Below are positions 27,132 to 34,697 of a stretch of DNA of 64,000 bases, piece after piece. Each line of letters opens with the position of its first letter. Position 1 is the stretch's first letter. Both the position numbers and the translations under genes were made by a program. Source of the DNA: a virus (Duplodnaviria; Caudoviricetes); IMG/VR virus record IMGVR_UViG_3300037189_030782; one strand, written 5' to 3'. Below the pieces are notes generated by a model. That model searched no databases, was not told the origin of the DNA, and saw nothing but the letters and a program-made list of their open reading frames with translations.

Positions 27132-28259
27132 CTAAAATCCTATTTTTTTCTTATCAATTTCTTTCTTATAATTGTCTTCTGCATTATAAATATCTGCAAG
27201 CGTTAAGGGAATATCAGTTTTTCTATCCGAATTTATTTTTTCAAATATTTTATTACAATTATCTGCTGGCAGTTCCTTGAATTCGTGTTCTAGCATTAAA
27301 CGACCTTTTCTAAGCAAAGCAGAATCTATTTTATCTCTAGATGTATTAAAGGTTGCTATAACGAATATATTAAGACAATCGCCCAACAAACCATCTGTGA
27401 TATTTAATATGTTTGAAATTGCTGAATTTTCTTGTTCTTCTCTGCTTTTTAAAACTTTCTCTGCGTCTTCCAAAAGAAATATAGAATCTTTATAGTCTGT
27501 CATAAAGCTTAGAAAAGAAGGGCTGGTTATTTCTTCAGTGAATGCAGAAGGAAGATAAATAATCTTTCTGTCTACCTTAGAAGAAAGATATTTAATAAAT
27601 GTGCTTTTTCCTGTTCCAGGCTTTCCAGAAAATAAAATCAAACCAGATTTCTTTTTTTCTAATATGTCTATTATTTTTGCTTCCTTGCCTGCAAGCTCCT
27701 CGCCATAATTAAGTTCTATGTCTAAATCATCTTCAGTTGGCAAGACAATATCAAACCTTTGGACATCTAGCACACCTTCCACCTTACACATAAGGTGAAT
27801 GCTTTTAGTGTTTTTTTCTTTTACGTAATCAAATAGAGACTTTATTTTAAAAAGAGTTTCTTCTTGTGAATAAAAAACTCTGCAATAGTTGCCATCATCA
27901 GGACAATCCTGATATGTTTCCCCATAAGCACGAGAAAAACTAGACAGTCTTGGTTGCTTTAAAACACAAATTACTGCATCCTCAAACTCAAAAGCTACCT
28001 CTGAATCGTTTGCTTCTGTTCCAAAGGAAAGCTCACCCTTATCAAGTTTATCAGAAGTGTATTTAAATATTTGTTTTGCACCAATGCCTATAAGTTTATC
28101 AAGGATAGAAGTACTTATTAAAGATGTATTTGAATAATAATTAGGTTGTTGAGAGAATTTATATAAATAATAATAGAAGTAATTAAAATAAGTTGTATGA
28201 TCAGCAGTTTTGGCAGCGTAGGGTCTAAACGACGAATCTACTCTAGGAGAAAAATCCAT
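27132..28259 (-). CDS. AAA+ ATPase
   Basis: GKPGTGKS, LLEDAE, LNITDGLLGD, ATFN, DSALLRKGRL. Confidence 0.88.
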   Translation of the reverse strand: MDFSPRVDSSFRPYAAKTADHTTYFNYFYYYLYKFSQQPNYYSNTSLISTSILDKLIGIGAKQIFKYTSDKLDKGELSFGTEANDSEVAFEFEDAVICVLKQPRLSSFSRAYGETYQDCPDDGNYCRVFYSQEETLFKIKSLFDYVKEKNTKSIHLMCKVEGVLDVQRFDIVLPTEDDLDIELNYGEELAGKEAKIIDILEKKKSGLILFSGKPGTGKSTFIKYLSSKVDRKIIYLPSAFTEEITSPSFLSFMTDYKDSIFLLEDAEKVLKSREEQENSAISNILNITDGLLGDCLNIFVIATFNTSRDKIDSALLRKGRLMLEHEFKELPADNCNKIFEKINSDRKTDIPLTLADIYNAEDNYKKEIDKKKIGF

Positions 28260-28472
28260 ATGGAGCCTTTAAGTAAAAAATTTCTTATCGAAAGAGGAGT
28301 TTGTTGTGGATGCAAATGCACAAACTGCCCCTATTGGCCTAAACATAAAAAAGGCCAGACTCTTCTATACGAAAAGAGTCTGGCCTTTTTAAATCAAGAA
28401 AATTGTTTTTCAGCTTCTATCCAAAAAGAAGATCCATCACAGTCGGGACGACCTGCTTCTTCCCAAAGATAA
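28260..28472 (+). CDS. DUF5522-like small Cys-rich protein
   Basis: FLIERGVCCGCKCTNCPY; AGGAG SD upstream of ATG 28260. Confidence 0.6.
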   Translation: MEPLSKKFLIERGVCCGCKCTNCPYWPKHKKGQTLLYEKSLAFLNQENCFSASIQKEDPSQSGRPASSQR

Positions 28473-28660
28473 TAAGCAAGTTCTCTAATTTTTTCTTCTT
28501 GGTTCTTTTCACAAATATTTTCTTCAATATTTCTAATTCCACCACAAGATGTTGGCATTTCTAAAGAAACAGTCTGATTATTCATTGTTGAACTTTCCTT
28601 GTTGTTATTAAAAGACCATTGGAAGGGATTCAGTTTACCAAAAAAACTTTCCATTGTCAA
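28394..28660 (-). CDS. DUF2934-domain protein
   Basis: EEKIRELAYYLWEEAGRPDCDGSSFWIEAEKQF. Confidence 0.8.
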   Translation of the reverse strand: MTMESFFGKLNPFQWSFNNNKESSTMNNQTVSLEMPTSCGGIRNIEENICEKNQEEKIRELAYYLWEEAGRPDCDGSSFWIEAEKQFS

Positions 28661-28894
28661 CTAAAGCCTCGCAATTCTAGAGAATAAAAAAACAAAAATT
28701 TCAAAACCAACCATCTGCCAATAAGATAGGCTGGGTAGGTTGAATACGGGGACTAAAAGTTTTTTCCATAAGTAAGAATTAGGAAAAGCTAAAACTAAAA
28801 CAACAATCAAAACAGACAAAAGATTTGTAGAAACTTTAACGACTTCATCTGGTTGTGTTTTTTGGTTCATTTCCAAAAAATTTATTGGCGGCAT
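28661..28894 (-). CDS. Small membrane protein
   Basis: Two hydrophobic segments. Confidence 0.55.
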   Translation of the reverse strand: MPPINFLEMNQKTQPDEVVKVSTNLLSVLIVVLVLAFPNSYLWKKLLVPVFNLPSLSYWQMVGFEIFVFLFSRIARL

Positions 28895-29132
28895 TTTTTG
28901 CTATTTCCAACAGTGATTGTTTTAACAAAAAGTTGCATTGAGAACAAATGGAATTTGTCTCGACCAGAGGCTTCTCAGGAAAGGCCTCTGTCGGGATTCC
29001 ACAATGGACACAATAAACATAAAAAGAATTACCAGCGTGTAAGCCCTTTGAATCAAAATTTTTTATAGAGTTTCCATAGGCAACTCTACGAATGTATTGA
29101 TCCAGCAATTCTTTTGATGAGTCGCAGTTCAT
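28845..29132 (-). CDS. Hypothetical protein with two CxxC motifs
   Basis: CVHC...CSQC; GCGAG-type SD. Confidence 0.55.
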   Translation of the reverse strand: MNCDSSKELLDQYIRRVAYGNSIKNFDSKGLHAGNSFYVYCVHCGIPTEAFPEKPLVETNSICSQCNFLLKQSLLEIAKNAANKFFGNEPKNTTR

Positions 29133-29171
29133 GGTCTCGCTTAACTCTATTCGCCCTATTTTTTATTTAGG

Positions 29172-29381
29172 CTATTTGTTAAGTCCCCAATCACGGTATC
29201 TACTTACCGAAGCCAAGAAACCATCCATTATTTCTGAACCCTTTCGGTAGCCAGAATATAAAAGAAGATTCACCCTCATACACAAATGGCAGGTACATTC
29301 GCAAAAGGGTCCGCTTGACTCAAACGGGGTTTTGGAAACACTACAACTTATTCTAAAGTTCTCAGAGTAATGCCAGCCCAA
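29172..29381 (-). CDS. Possible small Cys-rich protein (start uncertain)
   Basis: CECTCHLC; TTG start. Confidence 0.35.
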   Translation of the reverse strand: MGWHYSENFRISCSVSKTPFESSGPFCECTCHLCMRVNLLLYSGYRKGSEIMDGFLASVSRYRDWGLNK

Positions 29382-29440
29382 GATATTATAATTAACCCGC
29401 TAAAGTCTTTTGCTCAAGGCCAAGACATAATTATCTCCTG

Positions 29441-29692
29441 TTATTTTTGTTCAGAATAAACCGCAGGTTCAATTAAGTCAATATCTAAACCAGAATTTTT
29501 GAATCTCTCAAGATGTCTTTGCTGTCTAGCTAGTTTTTTCCAGTTTTCTTCTTTTGGAAATCCACATGATAATTCCAGTTCTCCATTCATACGTTTGCGA
29601 AAAACTTCTCTAGCTTCTTGTACGGTATCTGCTGCTGCTCCAAAACTACCGAATCCGTATTCAAAAACAAAAAAGTATCTCGACGCTTGCAT
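29441..29692 (-). CDS. Hypothetical protein
   Basis: GGAGG SD before ATG 29692 (MQASRYFFVFEYG). Confidence 0.6.
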   Translation of the reverse strand: MQASRYFFVFEYGFGSFGAAADTVQEAREVFRKRMNGELELSCGFPKEENWKKLARQQRHLERFKNSGLDIDLIEPAVYSEQK

Positions 29693-29753
29693 GTTTGTGC
29701 CTCCAAAATAATTGTACCACAACAAAACAGTTTGTAAAGTGTAGTTGATTTTT

Positions 29754-30062
29754 TTACAAAGTAACAGTGTTTTTTTTGTAATTTTCGTTAAGCTTTTGAT
29801 ATTCTTCTGCCGATAAATCTGTTTCACTTAAATGACACCTTAACCAGTCAGTAGCTTTTGCTTCATAAGCTTTCATACTCCAAATCATAAACCCTGCAAT
29901 AGTTCTGGGTAGCCAATACTTTGTACTCGGGGACAACATTTCTTTTGCTATCTCAATTTGTTCTTCTTGTGTTCTAGCGTTTTGACGAAAACATAAAACT
30001 AGCCAGGCATCAAACCAACAATTTTCGCACAACTGTTTTTTTAAATTTTCTAGTTCAAACAT
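29754..30062 (-). CDS. Hypothetical protein
   Basis: ORF on the dominant strand. Confidence 0.55.
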   Translation of the reverse strand: MFELENLKKQLCENCWFDAWLVLCFRQNARTQEEQIEIAKEMLSPSTKYWLPRTIAGFMIWSMKAYEAKATDWLRCHLSETDLSAEEYQKLNENYKKNTVTL

Positions 30063-30151
30063 TTTTATGGTTCACTCGGTGGTGATGTTAAATCTTTGCT
30101 TTTGGTTCACTCGGTACTTCTGTTGATATCTTGTTAGCGTCATATGGTTTT

Positions 30152-30188
30152 ATAAACCGGGAGAGTTGGTTGTCCTCTCCCGGTTTAT
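30152..30188 (-). terminator. Strong hairpin / probable terminator downstream of the 68-aa gene
   Basis: Perfect 14-bp stem ataaaccgggagag / ctctcccggtttat; U-tract is short. Confidence 0.6.
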
Positions 30189-30200
30189 CATCTTTTTATC

Positions 30201-30407
30201 TTACTCTTTTAAGACAATTCTTTCTCCATTGGAACCGCCTAATGCAGCACCTCCTTTCAAGAAAGACAAAGTCATATTTATTTCCCAATCAGCAGAGCCT
30301 TGCCTTTTCATAGAAGCAATTAGCTCTTCTTTGGTTACCTCTACAATCTTAGGGTTCTTATTCCTAAGATCGTTGAGTCCTTGTAAAACAGCAGCACTAA
30401 AAAACAT
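30201..30407 (-). CDS. Hypothetical 68-aa protein downstream of the SAM riboswitch
   Basis: ORF lies between the structured leader and the terminator; GAGAG SD-like tract. Confidence 0.65.
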   Translation of the reverse strand: MFFSAAVLQGLNDLRNKNPKIVEVTKEELIASMKRQGSADWEINMTLSFLKGGAALGGSNGERIVLKE

Positions 30408-30460
30408 GGTTACTCTCTCTCTGTTAAAGGGAGATCAAGAAGGCGGATAATCCGCTTTTT

Positions 30461-30555
30461 CACAGGAAACACTCCTGTGCGTATCCCAGCAAAGATAGCT
30501 GGTGGCACCGTGGCTTTTGCTCGGTTGCCAGTGCCTTTCGGCACCTTCTTAATAC
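30461..30555 (-). ncRNA. SAM riboswitch, SAM-I/IV-type architecture
   Basis: GUAUU(P1)-AAGAAG-GUGCC GAAA GGCAC(P2)-UGGCAACC..GGUGCCA(P3)-CCAGC..GCUGG(P4)-GAUAC(P1')-CACAGGA..UCCUGUG(P5). Confidence 0.8.
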
Positions 30556-30569
30556 TTCCTACAAAAATT

Positions 30570-30597
30570 AGTATAGCACTAGGTTTTGACTTGTAAA
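30570..30597 (-). promoter_or_regulatory. Sigma70-type promoter driving the riboswitch transcript
   Basis: TTTACA-16 nt-TATACT with an extended TG motif. Confidence 0.65.
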
Positions 30598-30632
30598 GAG
30601 ACCTAAAAAGATTTTGCTAATTTCAAATTTTG

Positions 30633-30878
30633 CTATCTGGGTACTAATCCTGCGTCTATGCCATTTAACCCGACTTGTAGCCACAAAAGCCTATCATACT
30701 CGTCCCAGACTATATTAAGAAGCATATCATTGGTATAAAGTGGATGAGACCATAAATCCTCTAGTATTTTAAACTCAAGAAGCTCTTCATCTTGACAGTA
30801 ATAGTCTAGATTAAAATATTTATACTGTAACTCTTTTGCGATCTTTCTTGCGCGACCAAATTTAAGCCAAACGTTCAT
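30633..30878 (-). CDS. Hypothetical protein
   Basis: ORF on the dominant strand. Confidence 0.55.
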   Translation of the reverse strand: MNVWLKFGRARKIAKELQYKYFNLDYYCQDEELLEFKILEDLWSHPLYTNDMLLNIVWDEYDRLLWLQVGLNGIDAGLVPR

Positions 30879-30896
30879 TTTTATACACCAAAGACC

Positions 30897-30943
30897 AAGA
30901 ATCGGCCACCAAACTTATTTATTTTATTTGGTGGCCGATTCTT
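30897..30943. terminator. Terminator hairpin, possibly bidirectional
   Basis: Perfect 17-bp stem aagaatcggccaccaaa / tttggtggccgattctt. Confidence 0.75.
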
Positions 30944-30958
30944 TTTGGTCTAAAAGTA

Positions 30959-31480
30959 TTAGCGATTCAAGAGACGCTTTCTGTACTTAACATCGATGTT
31001 GCCACTCTTTCTATTGGTGACAACAACCTCATACCGACCGTAGTCCTTGACAACTCTGTTGCCATCTCGGCTAACGGTGGTGGTGTCCTTGCAAGCGCAA
31101 GGAGGAACACAGATGGGAACATTAAGCTCCGTAGCGACCTTGCTGCAAGTGCAAGGGTCTCTCTTGCACACACATAGCGTTGCCGTATCCGGCACAGCGT
31201 TAGGTGCAATGTTTCTCTTGTGCCTATAGGTAACCTTGGGCTCGTTGCCGCAGCTATTGCAACCACAGTTGGGACCACTGCAAGTGGGTGAAACAATCGC
31301 AGCAGTCGAAGTAATCACGGCAGAGTCATAAGTCGAGGATGCTGGGGCCGTGGCCTGTGCTTCCTTAGAAGATAAGATACTGACCGTGTTATCAGCAAGA
31401 GTAGGTGACTGTTGATCTGCCCCAAAAACAAAAATGGGACAAACTGCAACAAAGAAAAAAACAACGTTTAAAAATCTCAT
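30959..31480 (-). CDS. Secreted Cys-rich protein resembling Planctomycete hypotheticals
   Basis: Signal peptide MRFLNVVFFFVAVCPIFVFG; DPCTC...VPICVPPCAC...DYGRYEV; about 52% GC in two sampled lines. Confidence 0.65.
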   Translation of the reverse strand: MRFLNVVFFFVAVCPIFVFGADQQSPTLADNTVSILSSKEAQATAPASSTYDSAVITSTAAIVSPTCSGPNCGCNSCGNEPKVTYRHKRNIAPNAVPDTATLCVCKRDPCTCSKVATELNVPICVPPCACKDTTTVSRDGNRVVKDYGRYEVVVTNRKSGNIDVKYRKRLLNR

Positions 31481-31606
31481 TTCTAAACTCCTTTCAAAAG
31501 GTAACAAACCGACCGACCGAAACAGCAACCAAACTTATGACTGCCGTTATTATGATAGCACGATATTTTCAAAAATCAATAGCATCAAAATAAAAATTAC
31601 TAAAAT

Positions 31607-31870
31607 TTATCTGTGCCATCTTGCTATTTCTTTATCCAAATCACCTAACTTTTCTAAAGCAGCAACAATTTGTTTCACCCCAGAAGAACCCAAGTTCTCT
31701 ATTGAAGAAATCTGTTTCTCATTTAAAGAAACTAAGTCCTTTATATAAATTAAGTTGTGCTTAGAATCTTCCAAGGCATTAATTACCCTTAAAGGAAGAC
31801 CAAGATACTCTAATTCAGCTATAGGGATGTTTTCTTTAATCGCCTTTTTTGTCAAATCGTTGTTTATCAC
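31607..31870 (-). CDS. Stand-alone RNA polymerase alpha-subunit C-terminal domain homologue
   Basis: IAELEYLGLPLRVINALE...IKDLV...ISSIENLG..GVKQI matches the alpha-CTD HhH pattern. Confidence 0.8.
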   Translation of the reverse strand: MINNDLTKKAIKENIPIAELEYLGLPLRVINALEDSKHNLIYIKDLVSLNEKQISSIENLGSSGVKQIVAALEKLGDLDKEIARWHR

Positions 31871-31871
31871 T

Positions 31872-32144
31872 TTATCTCCTTACTTTTGTGACTTTGTGTG
31901 GCCTCATAATAGTTCCAGTATTAGAAGCTACTTTTTCTGGGCCTATGTAGACATATTTGGGCGTTTCGTTTTTAAATTTTACATATATCGCCGTTCTATC
32001 TTCTGTGACGGATACGAAAGTACCTACGCCCTTTTCCCCCATAGTTATCTTTGCACCAGAAGATGAAATATAATAAGGTCCAGATGAAATCCGTACCTTA
32101 TCCCCTTCGTTTAAAGTAACTTTTTCACTTAAACGAAAAGACAT
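31872..32144 (-). CDS. Hypothetical protein (possibly KOW/SH3-like)
   Basis: LNEGDKVRISSGPY. Confidence 0.55.
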   Translation of the reverse strand: MSFRLSEKVTLNEGDKVRISSGPYYISSSGAKITMGEKGVGTFVSVTEDRTAIYVKFKNETPKYVYIGPEKVASNTGTIMRPHKVTKVRR

Positions 32145-32168
32145 AAATATCCTCCAAGATAAAAGTAT

Positions 32169-32197
32169 ATCTTAACAAAACAAGCTTATGCTGTCAA
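32169..32197 (-). promoter_or_regulatory. Sigma70-type promoter
   Basis: TTGACA-17 nt-TAAGAT. Confidence 0.7.
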
Positions 32198-32200
32198 ACA

Positions 32201-32229
32201 AAAAACCCCCGCTTTTGGCAGGGGTTTTT
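32201..32229 (-). terminator. Rho-independent terminator
   Basis: aaaaacccccgc-tttt-ggcaggggttttt hairpin with flanking U-tracts. Confidence 0.7.
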
Positions 32230-32257
32230 CGTTTTGATTTTAAATAAAAAAAGAAAC

Positions 32258-32767
32258 TCATTTACTCATTTTGTCATGAGTGACCTTAGCCCTCACAAAA
32301 TTTTTCATGGAGTTGATAGGAACGTTAGCTTCTTCAACTACTCTTCTGGCCCTCGTAGAATAAAAGTCATTGGGCCTAGAATCACTTTGAGGCTCTTCGT
32401 TATCATCCTCAAAAGTTTGTTCCATGATATATTCTTTCACCTTGTGCCACTGTCGGTCATCAAGCTGGTCCACAAGATGAGACATTGACTTAGACAACCT
32501 ATGTCCTAAAGCCAAAAGTTGTTTATCCTCAGTTCCAGAAACCAAGATCAACTCTCCAAGCCTCATTGCAACATGAGTTTCAATGTTGATATTGCATCTG
32601 AGATCGATGTCAAAGGGGGTTGCGGGCTTCTTATCAACAATAGGCTTTCTCTCAAAATACATCTTATTACTCCAAATTTTCCAAGGTTTAAAAATAAAAA
32701 CTACAACCAACCATCTAACCAATAACCGTAAGGTTTTAGTACACTCAACTCTCCTTTCGAATTTCAA
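32258..32767 (-). CDS. Hypothetical protein (true start may be the downstream ATG, MYFERK)
   Basis: ORF on the dominant strand. Confidence 0.55.
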   Translation of the reverse strand: MKFERRVECTKTLRLLVRWLVVVFIFKPWKIWSNKMYFERKPIVDKKPATPFDIDLRCNINIETHVAMRLGELILVSGTEDKQLLALGHRLSKSMSHLVDQLDDRQWHKVKEYIMEQTFEDDNEEPQSDSRPNDFYSTRARRVVEEANVPINSMKNFVRAKVTHDKMSK

Positions 32768-32773
32768 AAATCA

Positions 32774-33919
32774 CTATCTATCACCTTTAAGACAGTTGTT
32801 TATGTCTACACGGGCATAATTTGGTGTGCCTAACCCTGTGAGTCCATTGTAGAGGAAAGTTACTTTCTTTCCAATCCATTTTTTCTTTTTATTCAAGAAT
32901 TCAGTGGCTTGTTCAAAAGTACCCTTAAAAGTAGCATCAAAGATTTTACCATTCCAATTCAACGTAATAATTTTGCCAGTTCCTCGCCAATTACCGGCAC
33001 CTTCCGTTATTTCAACGATCTCACCTTCGTCATCATCCTCAGGCTTAACCTTTAGCAAATGCTTGCTTCTTTTGTTTTCATATTTCATGTTCTTGTGACG
33101 AAGTATTCCACCCTCTTGTCCATCATCTATCAAAGATTGGTAAGCCTCGTCTAGATTGATTTGACTAAGAATATTGATGTCTGTGACATGAACCGCATAA
33201 TCATACTCGCCAATAACTTGATTATCAATCCATTCTTTTCTAGACTTGTATGGTTCATTCTGGCTCATGGGATTGGTTTTGAGGCCAAAACCATAACCGT
33301 CATAGATATAATATCTAACCAGCTCTTCACTACGCTCTAAATCTTCTTTAGAAATATGAACTGTTTTTCGGATTAACTTGCTTATCTCGTTAAGTTGCTG
33401 TCGCAGTTCGTTATTGAACAATTCGCCGTCAAGAACAGCATTGGGATGCTTCTTAAAAAATGGCTTTAGAGAATCCTCAACATGTGGGACACTTAGGTAC
33501 TTTTCACCCTTGCGTGTAAAAAGACCATCTTTGGTAGCCACACAACGCATCCCATTGAATTTACATTGAAGAAGCCACTCTCCACCTGAAAGGTCGATTT
33601 TGTGAGCATAGTCTTTATATAGCTTGGCAAGCATTGGCTCCACGTAAGAAGTAGATCCAACGTCTCCAATGTCATCAAAATAACCCGTTTTTCTCTGCTT
33701 CTTGTATCTGGAGTCGATTTCCGCACTAGCCTGCTCAACAGCAGTCGTAGCGTTTTTCTTGCCAAAGTTCTTGGCCTCAGTAATCGTCCACTCAGATGTT
33801 ACTCGTTCACCGTCTAAAAGTCCAGAAACTGTTCTATGCTTGTTGTTTTCCTGTTCCATGTACCAAACACGGACATTACCAATTGTATCTTTTGTATACA
33901 GAACTGGGTAGGTTTTCAT
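32774..33919 (-). CDS. lig: ATP-dependent DNA ligase
   Basis: EPMLA, QCKFNGMR, LDGELF, YYIYD, EGGILR, LLKVKP; OB domain EG.G..G. Confidence 0.92.
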   Translation of the reverse strand: MKTYPVLYTKDTIGNVRVWYMEQENNKHRTVSGLLDGERVTSEWTITEAKNFGKKNATTAVEQASAEIDSRYKKQRKTGYFDDIGDVGSTSYVEPMLAKLYKDYAHKIDLSGGEWLLQCKFNGMRCVATKDGLFTRKGEKYLSVPHVEDSLKPFFKKHPNAVLDGELFNNELRQQLNEISKLIRKTVHISKEDLERSEELVRYYIYDGYGFGLKTNPMSQNEPYKSRKEWIDNQVIGEYDYAVHVTDINILSQINLDEAYQSLIDDGQEGGILRHKNMKYENKRSKHLLKVKPEDDDEGEIVEITEGAGNWRGTGKIITLNWNGKIFDATFKGTFEQATEFLNKKKKWIGKKVTFLYNGLTGLGTPNYARVDINNCLKGDR

Positions 33920-34656
33920 TTATTAAGTTCCTTATTTTCCATATAAAAACGAATATCGTTTAAACTCCAAGGTGTACCAAAAGGTACATTTTCACGAACA
34001 TTATCTACGCCCACATCTAGAGTCCGTAAATTTTTGTTGAATAAAGAAATTGTAGAATTAGCAAAATTTTCAAAATCAAACTGGTCTGGATCTAAGTTGA
34101 AGTGTTCCTTCAAACTAACTTTTAAAGACTCTTTTTGCAAATCTGTTGGTCGGTGGTTGTCTTGGTGCCAAAAATTATTGTGAACATGACCATATAGCAT
34201 CCAGCTTCCATAGTTAGACAAATACCAAGACCTACAAGGATAGTGGCTAACAAAAATATGTTGTTTTTCTACATAAAAAACATACTGGTCGTATGTTGCC
34301 TTAAAAAAAGGCTGTAGGATTTGTCTATTGTCGTGATTTCCCCAAATTAAGTAAATATTTTTGCATCTCAATGAGTCAATAAAATGTGCTACTTGATCTC
34401 TAGGGGTAGATGTCCAGCAAAAGTCGCCCAAAATAACTAGGCTATCGTCCTCAGAAACCACAGAGTTAGTGGAATCAATAATACATTGATTCATTCTTTG
34501 AACAGATTCTTGGCTTATTTCTATACTTTTTATTGGCAAAGAGCCACTTTTAGAAAGATCCAATAACTCTTGCTCTTCTTTGTTCAGAAAGGGTCTATCG
34601 CAGTATTTTAGAATGTTATGGTGGTTTAGGTGCCAATCTGATGTAAAGTGCCACAT
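33916..34656 (-). CDS. Calcineurin-like metallophosphoesterase
   Basis: TSDWHLNH, LGDF, GNHD, SHYP, YGHVH, DVGVD. Confidence 0.9.
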   Translation of the reverse strand: MWHFTSDWHLNHHNILKYCDRPFLNKEEQELLDLSKSGSLPIKSIEISQESVQRMNQCIIDSTNSVVSEDDSLVILGDFCWTSTPRDQVAHFIDSLRCKNIYLIWGNHDNRQILQPFFKATYDQYVFYVEKQHIFVSHYPCRSWYLSNYGSWMLYGHVHNNFWHQDNHRPTDLQKESLKVSLKEHFNLDPDQFDFENFANSTISLFNKNLRTLDVGVDNVRENVPFGTPWSLNDIRFYMENKELNK

Positions 34657-34697
34657 GGGTGCCTTTCTGAGTATAGCCTAAAAAGCTGGATTGTAAA

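Noticed and set aside
29414-29428. Strong SD followed by ATG TCT TGG CCT TGA: possible selenocysteine or TGA readthrough
   Set aside because: Readthrough gives only 26 unremarkable codons, no SECIS-like hairpin is evident, and TGA acts as a normal stop elsewhere. It is more likely a decayed gene start.
30068-30115. Direct repeat TGGTTCACTCGGT (two copies) as an att site or operator
   Set aside because: Only two 13-bp copies 35 bp apart, with no integrase or mobile element nearby; not supportable.
30435-30552. Six-way-junction RNA, tRNA-like element or c-di-GMP-I riboswitch
   Set aside because: There is no T-loop, anticodon arm or CCA. GCAAAAGCCACGG resembles the GEMM motif, but the flanking architecture does not. 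The GGCAACC/GGUGCC P3 with the AU/AU P1 fits SAM-I/IV far better, and the apparent closing stem is better read as the alternative conformer.
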